Of a stretch of 64,000 bases of DNA, positions 36,317 through 50,600 are shown in pieces. The stretch's first letter is position 1. Every line of letters starts with the position of its first letter. Location of the stretch: contig JBHGNT010000013.1 in assembly GCA_043228905.1 (NCBI GenBank), positions 8,866,001 to 8,930,000 on the forward strand, in the 5' to 3' direction. Origin of the DNA: Azolla caroliniana (taxonomy: Eukaryota > Plantae > Polypodiophyta). A program made the translations under genes and the position numbers. The notes under the pieces are model-generated. The model searched no databases and was not told the DNA's origin. It was given only the letters and a program-made list of their open reading frames with translations.

Positions 36317-39300
36317 TGTTGGGATTACGGTCCCTCCGGATGGGATAGTCAGATGTCCGGGAATCGGGATGAAGACCCGGTTACGGAACCGGATGATGAA
36401 GACCCCGGTTACGGAACCGGATGATGAAGACCCCGGCTACGGAGCCGGATGACGAATGTACCCGGAGAGAGATCCGGATGCGGGGACATATTTGTGAATA
36501 TGTTTGCCAAGGGCCCTTGAGGCTATATATGTAAATAGCCCGAAAGTCATATGTGTATAAATATGACTTAGGGCAAGCAGTTTGTAGTTGTTGCTACTCA
36601 TTTTTCTGTTTTTCCACTCAAGAGGAGTGAAGAGAGAGCAGCCGTGAGAGAGATAGAGTGTGAGAGAGGAAGAGGTCGACGCCTCTGTGTAATACCGCCG
36701 CCTGTGGCGAGGACAGCGAGCTCAAGGTCGTCGCCTTGCAACTCGCCATTGTATATTTCTCTGTGCATAGTTTTGGTTTGGAGTCTTGCACTCCCGTGGT
36801 TTTTCCCGTACAGGGTTTTTCACGTTAAATCGTGTGTCCACTTATTTACTTTGCATTCCCCATTTACTGCAACAACGATTCGTGTGTTTCCTTGGTGGTG
36901 GCCGAGAGGTGAAGTTTGGAAAGTGTCGATTATTTCCATCAATTTGGTATCAGAGCGAGCTGCTGCAGAAAATGGAAGGCGGCGGCAGCGGGCAGCCAGG
37001 GATGATGGTGCTGAATGCGCAGAATTACGCCGACTGGAAGATCAAGATGGAGGATCTTCTGATTGTTCGGGACCTGTACGAACCGATTGACAGGTCGGAA
37101 ATACCGAAGGGGGTACTTGAGACGGAATGGAGGCTTCTAAACCGGAAAGCCGTTGCAACCATTCGGCAATACGTCGACGTGAGCGTTCTACAACATGTGG
37201 CGAACGACACCAACGCATATGAGATGTGGCGGAAGCTGTCGGGCCTCTACGAGAGGAAGAATGCGTTGAACCGGACCTCCCTGATGAGGAAGATAGTGAA
37301 CCTCAAGTACCGGGACGGCGAGAGTATGGTGGAACACGTAAGCACGTTCATGGGATTCGTGAACCAGCTTGCGGCGATCAAGTTCCCGCTGGAGGATGCA
37401 ATGCAAGCCATCATTCTGATGTGTACATTGCTGGAAAGCTGGGAGAACTTGGTGGTGACTCTCAGCACCTCCTGCACGGAAGATAACTTGTCCCTACAAA
37501 CGGTAAAGACAAGTATTTTGAACGAAGAAGCGCATCGGAGAGATAAAGAACCGGCCTCCGACTCGAAGGCGCTGCTTACCGAATCGGAACGGGGAAGACA
37601 ATGGAACCGGAGTCCGCAAAGACGGGAGAAGTCGGGGACCCGGTCGCAGTCAAGAGGAAGACCCACATGCTTCCACTGTGGGAAGCCGGGGCACTTTCGG
37701 AAGAATTGTCGGCATTACCGAAAAGACAATGGAGCCGACGACACCGATTCGAAGAAGTCACCGGAGCGAAACGGTGCATACCGGGGAGCCACGGACCGGA
37801 GAGGTCCGGATCGGCGAGGGCAGGACCGGAAAGGAACGACGGCACTCGCGGCAAGTGAAGAAGAGATAATGCTCATTACCGAAGAGAGGGAGCTGAACCT
37901 TGCCGGTGAAGAGATGACCTGGGTGGTCGATTCCGGAGCGTCGTTCCACCTGACCCCGGAGAAGAAATACTTCTCATCCTACACAGCCGGTGAGCACGGC
38001 TGTGTCCGGATGGGAAATGAAGGTACATGCCGGATTGCCGGCATAGGAGACGTGTGGCTGATGACATCAACCGGATGCAAGATGCTGCTGAAGGATGTTC
38101 GACACGTTCCGGAGGTTTGATTGAACCTGATTTCGGCCGGGAGGCTAGACGATGAAGGCTACACGGGTAGCATCCGGAACGGTGTCATGAAGTTCAGCAA
38201 AGGGAGCCTGATAGTGGCTCGGGCCCGGAAAGTCAACACACTGTACCTGATGAATTCCCGGCTATGTCCGGAGGAGCTGAACGTGGCAGCTGACACTGCC
38301 GGTGAGCTGTGGCACAAGAGACTGTGCCACATGAGTGAGAAGGGGATGAAGAGGCTTGCAGAAGACAACCTTATCCCAGTGAAGCATGTGCATCTGGAGA
38401 AGTGCACCGATTGCCTGGCCGGTAAGCAGAACCGAGCCTCCTTCCACTCAAGGCCACCGACGAGACGTAGTGCACCATTGGAGTTGGTGCACACTGATGT
38501 GTGCCAGGTAGAAACGAAGTCACATGGCGGAGCCCAGTACTTCGTAACATTCATTGATGATCACAGCCGGAAGCTGTGGACGGCACCGTTGAAGACAAAG
38601 GACCAAGTATTGTCCGTCTTCAAAGAACTCCACGCGAGAGTGGAAAGGGAATCCGGCAAGAAGCTGAAAGCGATATGAGCGGATAACGGAGGGGAATACC
38701 GGGGGCAGTTCGCGGAGTACTGTCGCTCGAAGGGAATCCGGCTCGAGTTTACTGTGCCGAAGACGCCGGAACTGAACGGGCTGGCCGAGAGGATGAACCG
38801 GACCATAATGGAGAGGGTCCGGAGTATGCTGGCGCATGCGAAATTACCCAAGGGGTTTTGGGCTGAGGCAATGTCGACGGCGACATACGTGATAAACAGA
38901 TCACCCTCAGTACCTTTGGACGGAGACACGCCGCAGAGAGTGTGGACCGGTAGGGAAGTATCCTACCGGCATCTGAAGGTGTTCGGGTGTCTCGCATATG
39001 TGCATGTGGCAAAGGACCGGAGAGGAAAGCTAGACCCAAAGACCCGGCCATGCATATTCCTCGGTTACGGCGACGACGAGTTCGGCTACCGAGTATGGGA
39101 CCCGGTCGACAAGAAGATATTCAGGAGTCGAGATATCATCTTCATGGAGGACAAGACACTCGCCGACTGGGAGTCGGAGAAGAAGATGAAGAGCTCCAAG
39201 TCGACCGGTGAGTATAAACTCTACGAGGAGCAGTCCCGACCGGCAAGGGACCGGTTAACACTCGAAGATCCGGCCGAAGACGGTGAAGAAACAGAACCGG

Positions 39301-41708
39301 CCGAAGAAGATGAAAATGATACCGGAACCGGCCCCGATCCCGAAATGGATTCGGATGAAGAAGAATCGGAAGAACCGGTTACCGAAGCTCCGGAACGGAG
39401 ATACCCTCTAAGAGAGAGAAGGGCCCCCCGGAGATTTCCGGAACCAGAGCACGTGCTGCTAACCGACGAGGGGGAGCCGGAGAGCCTTGAAGAAGCGAAG
39501 CATGACACCCATAGCCACAGATGGTTAAGTGCTATGCATGAGGAGATGGATTCCCTGCATGAGAACCACACATATGAACTTGTGGAGTTGCCGAAAGGAA
39601 AACGGGCACTCCGTAACAAGTGGGTGTTCAAGCTGAAACCGGGAGATGCCGGAAACCCCCCGAGATACAAAGCCAGGATCGTGGTGAAGGGGTTTCAGCA
39701 GAAGAAGGGCGTCGACTTCGACGAGATATTTGCCCCGGTAGTGAAGATGACCTCCATCTGGACGGTGCTGAGCATAGCGGCAAGCATGGACCTCGAGGTA
39801 GAACAGATGGACGTGAAGACGGCATTCCTTCACGGTGACCTCGAAGAGGAGATCTACATGCAGCAACCGGAAGGATTCGAGAAGAAAGGGAAGGAGCACC
39901 TGGTATGCCGGTTGAAGAAGAGCCTCTACGGTCTGAAGCAAGCTCCCCGGCAATGGTACCGGAAGTTCGACTCCTTCATGACAGACGAAGGGTACCACAA
40001 AACGCAGTCCGATCACTGCGTGTTTGTGAAGAAGTTCGAAGGAGGAGACTTTCTAATACTCCTCCTGTACGTGGACGACATGTTGATCGTCGGACGAGAC
40101 TAGGTCAAGATACGGATGCTGAAGAAGGCTCTTCACCGAACCTTCTCAATGAAGGACCTGGGTCCGGCGAGGCAAATACTAGGGATGCACATCATCCGGG
40201 ACCGGAAGAAGAAGCAGTTGTGGTTGTCACAGGAGAAGTACGTGACAAAGGTGCTTCATCGGTTCAACATGTCGGAAGCAAGACCGGTCGGGTCAACCCT
40301 CCCGGCAAACTGCAAGTTGTCCAGCAAGCAAAGCCCCAAGACAAAGGCTGAGAAGGAGGACATGATGAAAGTACCATATGCCTCTGCCGTCGGGAGCTTG
40401 ATGTACGCAATGGTGTGTACCCGACCGGACATAGGATATGCAGTCAGAGTGGTGAGCTGGTACATGAGCAATCCCGGAAAAGAGCATTGGAACGCGGTCA
40501 AATGGATACTCCGATACCTGAAGGGCACGGCAAACGTGTGCCTCCGATTCGGCTCCGGTAAGCCCGAACTCGACGGTTTCACCGATTCGGATATGTCGGC
40601 TGATGCAGATACCAGCCGGTCCACATCAGGGTATGTGATGACGTATGCAGGGGGAGCTGTTTCATGGCAGTCGAGGTTGCAGAAGACGGTTGCGTTGTCA
40701 ACCACGAAGGCGGAGTACATGGCGGCTGTCGAAGCCGGCAAGGAAATAATATGGATGAAGGACTTCATTAGAGAGCTCGGTATCCGGCAGGAGGAGTACC
40801 GACTCTACTGCGACAGTCAGAGTGCCATCCACCTTGCGAAGAACGCGGCCTATCAGTCCCGGACGAAGCACATCCAGCGAAGATATCACTGGATCCGGGA
40901 AAGGATAGAAGACAAGGAGTTCGTGCTGACGAAGATCCACACGGACGAGAACGGGTCAGATATGCTGACCAAAGTGCTCACACCCGACAAGCTGGAAGCG
41001 TGCCGGAAGAGGGTCGGACTGGAAAGACATCCCATGCCGAAGTGAAGGGGGAGTTTGTTGGGATTACGGTCCCTCCGGATGGGATAGTCAGATGTCCGGG
41101 AATCGGGATGAAGACCCGGTTACGGAACCAGATGATGAAGACCCCGGTTACGGAACCGGATGATGAAGACCCCGATTACGGAACCGGATGATGAAGACCC
41201 CGGCTACGGAGCCGGATGACGAATGTACCCGGAGAGAGATCCGGATGCGGGGACATATTTGTGAATATGTTTGCCAAGGGCCCTTGAGGCTATATATGTA
41301 AATAGCCCGAAAGTCATATGTGTATAAATATGACTTAGGGCAAGCAGTTTGTAGTTGTTGCTACTCATTTTTCTGTTTTTCCACTCAAGAGGAGTGAAGA
41401 GAGAGCAGCCGTGAGAGAGATAGAGCGTGAGAGAGGAAGAGGTCGACGCCTCTGTGTAATACCGCCGCCTGTGGCGAGGACAACGAGCTCAAGGTCGTCG
41501 CCTTGCAGCTCGCCATTGTATATTTCTCTGTGCATAGTTTTGGTTTGGAGTCTTGCACTCCCGTGGTTTTTCCCGTACAGGGTTTTCCACGTTAAATCGT
41601 GTGTCCACTTATTTACTTTGCATTCCCCATTTACTGCAACAACGATTCGTGTGTTTCCTTGGTGGTGGCCGAGAGGTGAAGTTTGGAAAGTGTCGATTAT
41701 TTCCATCA
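36317..41708 (+). mobile_element. Full-length young Ty1/Copia (Tork/Tnt1-like), TSD CCGTT
   Basis: LTRs 36317-36941 and 41056-41708 are nearly identical. PBS TGGTATCAGAGC 36945-36956; PPT GAAGGGGGAG 41044-41053; CCGTT at 36312-36316 and 41709-41713. Confidence 0.97.
36972..41045 (+). pseudogene. Single-frame Copia gag-pol polyprotein with three premature stops
   Basis: ORFs 36786-38120, 38121-38678, 38754-40103 and 40116-41045 share one frame. Motifs: CFHCGKPGHFRKNC, VDSGAS, WHKRLCH, PELNGLAER, LYVDDML, SRTKHI. Confidence 0.92.
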
Positions 41709-44337
41709 CCGTTTCCTCGGTTCCTTGCGCGGGGAGAGTACGGCAGAGTCTCCACCACTTGCCGTCTCTTCATCCGACTGGTCCAACCGACTCAGTCGCT
41801 CGTTCGGTCCACTCAACCGTAACGATTCCGGACTCTCATCTTGAGTCTCGGCTTCATCATCCTCTGCCAGGGCTGATTCAGGCTCACTGGCCTAATCTTC
41901 CGGCATTCGGTCGGGATCGGAAGTCGGAGTCGGTACGGAGTACCAGGATGCCGATTCATCGAACTCGACATCCCGGCTAACTCGGACTTCCTTCGTCCGG
42001 GGTTATAGCACTTATACCCCTTTTGCTCTTCAACATAGCCGACTAGGATGCATTTTTCCGATTTTGCATCCAACTTTCTCCACTTCTGATCCGGCACATG
42101 CACATATGCTATGCTGCCGAATATCCGAAGGTGTCTCAAGTTCGGCTTGCGCCCGAAATACAGCTCATGAGCTGACACCTTGTCACCAATGCAGTTTTGT
42201 ATGTAGACGGTCGTCCGGACCGCCTCCGCCCAGTAGAACCGGGGCATGCTCTTCTCCTCCAGCATTGTCCTTGCCGCTTCGACGAGTGTCCGGTTCTTCC
42301 TTTCGGCCACACCGTTTTGCTCCGGTGTGTATCTGCAGCTGAACTCTCGCCGAATCCCCTTCTGCTGCAGATAACTAGTGAATTGGCCGGAAAAATATTC
42401 CTTTCCGCCATCTGACCGAAGGCATTTGATCTTCCTCTCCGACTCCCGTTCCACCATCTTCTGGAGGCTCCGGAAACACTCGAAGACTTCGCTCTTCCGC
42501 TCAATGAGGTAGATCCAAGTATGTCGAGTATAGTCGTCGATGAAGGAGACGAAGTACCGGCTCCCGCCAAGGCTTACACTTTGTGCCGGTCCCCACACAT
42601 CCGAATGGATGAGATCGAGCTTGTTACGGCTCCAGTTCCGTTCAGTGGGGAATGGAAGCCGGTGTTGCTTCCCAAGTTGGCAGGCTTCACAAATTTCGGC
42701 TCTCCGGCGGCTGAACTTTGGCAAACCGAAAATGACTTGTTTCGTTTGCAGGTCTTGAAGCCTCCGGTAGTTGACGTGGCCTATCCGCTTGTGCCATAGG
42801 TCGATGTCCGACTCGACCTTCTGTCGTTTCGCGAACAGAGCGGTGCCAATGTCATTGGTGTTGAGGATAAACATCCTCCCGTCTCTGCGCAATGACTTTG
42901 CCCTCATCTTCAATGAAGCACCCAAGGTGCGTAAACCGCACCTGCATCCCTTGGTCGACAATCTGACCGACGGACACCAGGTTCTTCGTGATCGTCGGAA
43001 CGTGTAATACGTTCATCAGCTTCCCTTTCTGTCCGACGTGGCTTAGAGGGACTTCTCCGACGTGCACGATTGGGTGTGGAGTGTCGTCTCCGGTTTCGAC
43101 TACTCCTGGTTGATCCGGTTTCTCCAGAAAGGAGAACCACTCTTTGTGGCTCGTCATGTGGTTCGACGCGCCGGAATCAACATACCACACTTCCTCCGTT
43201 TTGGAAGTGGTCTTCTTCATTGAGTTTGCCTTGTGATTCATCACCAAGGTTGGCCCCTTACCGTCCTTTCTGGTTCCGGATCCTCCTGATCCGTTTGCGT
43301 AGTGCGAGTTTTGCCGGCCATCCTTACCGGTCTTGCCGGATCCGGATTTGTCCGAATCGGCACACTTTCTCCAACACTCGCTTTCCCTGTGGCCTTTTTT
43401 GCCATAGTACCAGCATTCCGTAGCGGATTTGTCTTGCCGGCCTCCGGCACCGCCTTGACTCCCCCTGCTTGTGGAAGTCCCGGAACTGATGTCGTCACAC
43501 TCATAGTGCATCCGTTCCTGCTCTTGCCGGCCGCCTCCATTGCGTGCCGACCCACCTCTTCCACCACGCCCACAGTGCCGATCCGTTCCCGTGTACAACA
43601 TCCGGCTGTCCGGGGATGCACTGGTAGATGCACCGGCGTGGTTCTCCTCTACAAGGAGCATCGACTGTAAGTCGAAGAATGAGGGGGTATTCTCCCTTGT
43701 ACACACCGCAGTCCGGAACGCTCCGAACTTGGACGCCAGGCCTTCGAGACATACCTGCACCATCTCGTCTTCCTCTACGGTAACATTGATAGAGGCGAGT
43801 GAGTCGCAAATCTCCTTTATCCGGCCCGTGTAGTCTGCCACAGACATGTTCTTCTGTCGAACATTGCTCAACTCCTGTCTAAGTTGCAGCTTCCGGGCAG
43901 TGGTGCTTGCGGCGAAAACCTTTTTCAGGTTCCCCCAAGCATCCTTCGGTGTCTTGGCGTCACGGATGTGGCTGAGTAGCTGATCGCCAACACTGGATGC
44001 GAAGCAGTACATCACCCTGCTTGCCGCCTGTTCCCATACCGGGAAGTCCTTGTGTGCCGAGTCTAGCGCCGCATCATTTGCTCCTTTGACATAACTCCAG
44101 TATCTGTGTCCAAGCAGGTACTGGTGCATCTTGTAAGACCAGGATTTGTAGTTGCTCCTGTCGAGCTTTTCCACCGGGAGCGACGTAGCCATGCCTCTAT
44201 CCATGTCTTCTACTGTGTCTGTTTTCGACCTGTTAGGGTTTTCTTCTCAAGAGTAAATGTTTGCAGCAGAGGTTCTCAACCCTCGCGCTCTGATACCATG
44301 TAAATGTGAGTGTTTGCGGAAGCGTAAAATAGAGAAC

Positions 44338-44389
<52 letters not shown>

Positions 44390-45295
44390 AGAACGTAATT
44401 TCCAAAATTATATCAAGACTCTACTTAACTACACACTGTGCTAAGTAGCACTATTTATACAAGTCCTCTTGGGACTGACAGAAGTACCATGTACTTCAAT
44501 GCTCACACGAGCATCTAACACTTACTACGAGACTATAGCTACCTAGTAGTCTATCCTATACTAGGCTTCTGATTGGACTGCCGGTTACGGATTGCACCCG
44601 GCCTCCACTGCTTGCCGGTTCGGTTGCTCACCGTCATACCGATCCGTTTCGCCCGATCCGTCTCGCTTACCGGCTCCGGCTTATTCAGCCGATTCGGCTC
44701 CGGTTGAGCTTGCCGCTCAACAACTATGCAACGTAGGAGCAAGCAGCAAGCTGATTCATGTATTGCTTGGCGACATGTGTTCACGACCACATGCTCAGGT
44801 ACATTCGAGAATCCAAGATGCCAAAGGAAGCGTGGGAGAATCTATGAAAGATTTTCGCCGCCAACACTACCGCGAGAAAGCTTCAACTCCGCCAAGAGTT
44901 GAATAATATCTGAAAAAGATTATGTGCGGAAGCAATAGAAAACCGAACACAGAAAATACGCAGGTTTAATGGAAAGCTTGAATATACACAGTACGCGGGA
45001 GAGACAGAGACAGAAAGAGAGAACACAGAAACTCAATTCAAAATAATACTCAATCTGTACATACTTCGTGCTTAGTGAGCACCTTATATACAAGCCCTGA
45101 CAATCGGGCCGACAGAGTACTAACAATACTTGACCACTCATACATGAGCGTACTACACTAACTCCCAAAATTATTCCTTACGAGGAATATCTTCCCAACG
45201 GCCTCACGGTTTACGCACCGATACGGCCATGTTATGCATACCAATTTACGCACCCAGTCTACGCACTGGGTTACGCATCATATTATGCACGAATG

Positions 45296-46021
45296 TGTTA
45301 GGAAACAGGTCCCTCCAGATGGGAAGTGAGAAGAACAATGTTGATGAGCAATTAGGCCGAGGCCGAATCCGGATGTGGAGTACCCGACAATGGAAGACCC
45401 AGTGAGAACCGGATGATGAGTACCCGGCAAGGAAGACCCGGTGAGAACCAAATGTTGCAGACCCGATGAGAACCGGATGACAAGTACCCAGCAAGGAAGA
45501 CCCGGTGAGAACCGGATGTTGCAGGCCCGGTGAGAACCTCTCATCGGATGGAAGGGACATATATGTAAATATGTTCCAGAGAGCCCACTAGGGCTATATT
45601 TGTAAATAGCCCGAAAGTCATGTTAGTATAAATATGACCTAGGGCGAAGTTAATAGTTAGCTATGTAGAGTTGGTTGTGTGATTATCGTTGTGGTGATAA
45701 TTCAGTACGTAACTGTGTACAGAGAAGAGAGAGAGAGAGAGGAAGAGGTCGTTGCCTTTGTTGTAACCGCCTGGTGGTGAAGCGAGGGAGCAAGAGGTCG
45801 TTGCCTCTGTGCCCCATTGTTGTAATCTTGATATAGTGATATTTTGCAGTCTGAGGGCTGTCGTGGTTTTTCCCAGATTTGGGTTTTCCACGTTAACATC
45901 CAATGCATTCTCTTTTTTTGTTTGTGCACTTACCTCCATTCCCATTTCTTCTGTGTTCGATTGTTATCAAGTGATTTACCCTTCGGTTGTCGCCGGAGAT
46001 TATTCCGCGTATTCCACTTCA
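45296..46021 (+). mobile_element. Solo LTR inserted into an LTR, TSD GAATG
   Basis: TGTTAGGAAACAGGTCCC...CCACTTCA flanked by GAATG at 45291-45295 and 46022-46026. Has internal GACCCGGTGAGAACCGGATG repeats and is related to the 36317 LTR family. Confidence 0.92.
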
Positions 46022-47674
46022 GAATGTTGAGCTTGTCTCTCAACACTCCCCCTTAAGCTCAACTTGAGGTTCCACTTGCTCCGCCGGATCTATGCTCTGG
46101 TTCCTTCTGGCTCCACGCCTCGCTCGCGCTCCTCGACCCGTTCGAATCCGCACGCCTCGGCCCTTCCGGTCGGCTTGTCTGCTTACACGGCCCTTCTCAG
46201 CTTCCTTGTTCCTGCGGTGTTGGCGCCTCTTTTGCTGCCTTCTCTTCCGCTTGGCCCTTGGTTGATTCAGCGTATCCGAATCAAACATCTGAACCGACTC
46301 GGCTTCCTTTGATCAGTTTTCGCTCTCGTCTGAGTTGGCTGTCTCCAACTCGTCTTCGGTCTTCTCGCCCTTGATGGCTTCGTCTCCCCCACGCCTGGTT
46401 GGCTTTGGCTCTTTCTTTCAACTGCTCCCCTTCTATCCACTTTCAGACTCTTCCGCGGATCCACCCTCGGCTTCTTCAGCTGATCTGAGATTGAATTCGT
46501 CATCTAACTCGGCGTCACGGTCTTTTCCTCTCCTTTCCTGCTCCCTTCCGTGGTCATCACGGATGTCTCTCCCCCTTAAGTTCGGCACATCGAGGTAACG
46601 CAACCCAAGCGCACCCGAGAATTGCCGCAACTTGTCCAGACCAAGGGGCTTGGTGAAGATGTCGGCGTTTTGCCGATTCGTCAGAACATATTGAAGTTCG
46701 ACTTCACCGGAAAGGACACGCTCACAGACGAAAGGTAGTGCACCTCAATGTGCTTAGTCCGGGCTTGGAAGACGGGGTTCTTAGCTAGCTAGATGCTGCT
46801 GAGGTTGTCGCAGTAGATTGTCGTTGGATCGGATACCTCCACTTGCAGATCCTTAAGTAGCTGCTTCAACCATATGGCTTTGCATGTCGCGACAACCGCT
46901 CCTCTATACTCGGCTTCGGTGCTCGACACAGCAACTGTCGGCTGTATCTTGCTACTCCACGCGATCGCGGCACTTCCAAGACAGAATGCGAAACCGGACG
47001 TGGATCAACGATCGCCGGCGTTTTCGGCCCAATCAGCATCGGTGTAACCAACCAGCTCCGCGGCAGTATCGGTCCGATATAGTAGCCCCCGGTTCTTAGT
47101 TCCACTGACATACCGGAGTACGCATTGTGTGCACTAAAGGTGCTCCTCGATCGGTCGCGCCATGAACTGACTAATCACCCCAAATGGGTAGTTGATATTT
47201 GGTCGGGTAATGGTCAAGTATATAAGGCTCCCGACTATCTATCGGAACCTCGTCGGGTCACATACCTTTCCGGAATCGGGGCGAAGCTTGATGGTTTTAT
47301 CCAGAGGAGTGGAGACGGACTTACAGTCGGCCATCCCGAATTTGAAGAGCATACTCAGCACGTAATGTCGTTGGCTGATCAGTATGCCTTCGGGGGTGCG
47401 GATCACTTCGATCATGAGGAAGTAATGAAGGTCCCTCAGATCCTTCGTGTCGAATGATGCCGCAAGCTGGAGCTTCACGCGGTCAAGATCACCTAGGTCG
47501 GCGCCGGTCATGATCAAGTCATCAACATAAAGTAAAATGCCAACCTGCCCGAGCCGACCTTTACGGATGAACAGTGAGGAGTTCGATTTTGAAGTCGCAA
47601 AGCCCAACCGTCGCAAACGTTGCGTGATCTTTGCGTTCTGGGCACGCGAGGCTTGCTTTAGTCCGTAAAGGGAT

Positions 47675-50600
47675 TGTAAAAAGAATAGCGTGCGGAAGCA
47701 AGTAGAAAACCGAACACCAAGAATATGCAGGTTTAATGGAGAGCTTGTATATGCATAGTATGCGGGAGAGACAGAGAGAATACATAGAGAACTAAATTCA
47801 AAAATAATACTCAATCTGTACATAGGATGTGCTCAATGACCACTTTTATACAAGTCCATATGGACGGACAAAAGTATTGACACGTACTTCAATGCCCATA
47901 AGCGAGCTCTACACTAACTCCCAAAATGTATTCCTACGCGGAATATCTTTCCAACAGCCTCGCGGTTTACGCACCGCTACGACTTCTCGTTGCGTACCGG
48001 TCTACGCACAAGCTTACACATCCGGTTTTCGCACCGGTCTGGCCTAACCGATCGATCCCAACCGATCCGATTCTCGGCTTCCACAGCTGATCCGGCCAAT
48101 GTTGAGCTTGTATCTCAACGCTCCCCCTCAAGCTCAACTTGAGGTTCCATCCGCTCTTCCCGATCGACGCACCGGTTCCTTTTGGCTTCACACCTCGCTC
48201 ACGCTCCTTGACCCGTTTGCTTCTGCGCGTCTCGACCCTTCCGGTAGGCTTGTCTGCTCACATGACCCTTCTTAGCTTCCTTGATGTTGCGGTGTTGGCA
48301 CCTCTTATGCTGCCTTCTCTTCCACTTGGCCCTTGGTTGATTCAACGTATCCAAATCAAACATCCGAACCGACTCGGCTTCCTCTGATCGGTTTTCGCTC
48401 TCGTTCGAGTTGGTTGTCTCCAACTCGTCTTCGGTCTTTTCACCCTTGATGGCTTCATCTCCCCCATGCTTGGCTGGCTTTGGCTCTTTCTTCCGACTGC
48501 TCCCCTTATGTCTGCTTTCAGAATCTTCCGCGAGTCCGCCCTCGGCTTGTTCAGCCGATTCGAAATCGAAATCGTCATCTGACTCGGCGTCGCGGTCTTC
48601 CGGAACTTCTCTCCCCCTTCCGTGGTCATTCGGGATGTCTCTCCCCCTCAAGTTCGGCACGTCGAGGTGACGCAACTCAAGCGCACCCGAGAATTGCTAC
48701 AACTTGTCCAGACCAAGAGGCTTGGTGAAGATGTCGGCGGTCTGCCGCTCCGTCGGAACATACTGAAGTTCGACTTCACTAGAGAGGACACGCTCACGAA
48801 CGAAATGGTAGTGCTCCTCAATGTGCTTAGTCCGGGCGTGGAAGACGGGGTTCTTAGCTAGCTGGATGCTGCTGAGGTTGTCGCAGTTGATTGTCGTTGG
48901 ATTGGATACCTCCACTTGCAGATCCTTAAGTAGCTGCTTCAACCATATGGCTTCGCATGTCGCGACAACCGCTCCTCTATACTCGGGTTCGGTGCTCGAC
49001 AACACAACTGTCGGCTGCTTCTTGCTACTACACGCAATCGCGGCACTCCCGAGAGAATGCGAAACACGGACGTGGATCGGCGATCGCCGGCGTTTCCGGC
49101 CCAATCAGCATTGGTGTAACCGACCAATTGTGCGACAGTATCGGTCCGATATAGTAGCCCCCGGTCCTTAGTGCCACTGACGTACCGGAGTACGCATTGT
49201 GCACACTGAAGGTGCTCCTTGGTCGGTCGCGCCATGAACTGACTAATCACCCCGATCGGGTAGCTGAGACTTGGTCGGGTGATGGTCAAGTATATAAGGC
49301 TTTCGACTATTTGTTGGAACCTCGTCGGGTCGCATACCTTTCCAGAATTGGGGCGAAGCTTGACAGTTCTGTCCAAAGGAGTCGAGACGGACTTACAGTC
49401 GGCCATCCCGAGTTTGAAGAGCATATTCAGCGCGTAATGACGTTGGCTGATCAAGATGCCTTTAGGGGTACAGATCACTTTGATCCCGAGGAAGTAATGA
49501 AGGTCCCCCAGCTCCTTCATGTCAAATGATGCCGCGAGCTGGAGCTTTACGCGGTTAATTTCACCAAGGTCAGCGCCGGTGATGACCAAATCATCAACAT
49601 AAAGTAAGATACTAACCGGCCCGAGTCAACCTCTCCGGATGAACAGTGAGGAGTCCGATTTTGATGTCACAAAGCCCAACTGACGCAATCGTTGCGTGAT
49701 CTTCACGTTCCAGGCACGCGTGGCTTGCTTTAGTCCGTAAAGGGACTTCTTCAATCGGCAGACCGCCGAAGTGTTCGTTTTGGAGTGAAATCCGAGGGGC
49801 TGTACCATGTACACCTGTTCCTCAAGCTCACCTTGCAGAAACGCATTCCTTACATCCATCTGATGTAAGTGCCACCCCTTTGCCGCAACTACTGCAAGCA
49901 AAACACGGACGATCGTCATCTTCGCGATCGGCGTGAATGTCTCATCGTAGTCGATTCTGTGTTTTTGCGCGTAACCTTTCGCTACTAACCGGGCCTTGTA
50001 TCAGTTGAACGAGCCATTGGTGTTGTACTTGACCTTGTACACCCACCTACATCCGATCGGCTTCACACCTTTCGGTGCGTCAACCAGGTCCCAGGTTTCA
50101 TTCTTTGCCAACGCGCACATCTCTTCCTCCATTGCGGCACACCAATTCGCATCCTTTGCCGCTTCTGCATAGCTCTCCGGCTCACGCAGTTCCGCTACAC
50201 ATGTCATGTATGCATAAGGATGCGCCATGTACTCATTGTAACCGAACCGCACAACAAGGTTCTTCTAGCGGGTAGATTAGCGTAATTGCTCATTAGCCGA
50301 TGTTGAGGCTTTCATGGCCGACCTGGACTTCGCTCTCAAAAACACATCGTCACTTCCCTCGGAGTCGGACTCGCGTCGATCTGACTCGTTCCTATCCGTG
50401 CCGTAATCTAACACCTTCTTCTTCCCTTTTTCTTTGCGCGTAAGCCGTCTCCTCGGCTTCCTGCGCGGGGAATGCACGACCGAGTCTCCACTACTCGCCG
50501 ACTCTTCATTGGACCGGTCGAAGCAACTCAGTCATCCATTCGGTCCGATTAACCGAAACGAAATCGGGCTCTCTTCGCGGGTCTCGATTTCAGGCTCATC

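Larger units (their letters stand above)
33920..44722 (-). mobile_element. Ty1/Copia element (MDRGMA family) lacking its 3' LTR; host of 36317-41708
   Basis: 5' LTR 44299-44722 contains (AG)n at 44341-44388. PBS-iMet 44287-44298. ORFs: gag-PR 42852-44204, integrase 41813-42961, RT-RNaseH 34010-36256. Confidence 0.9.
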
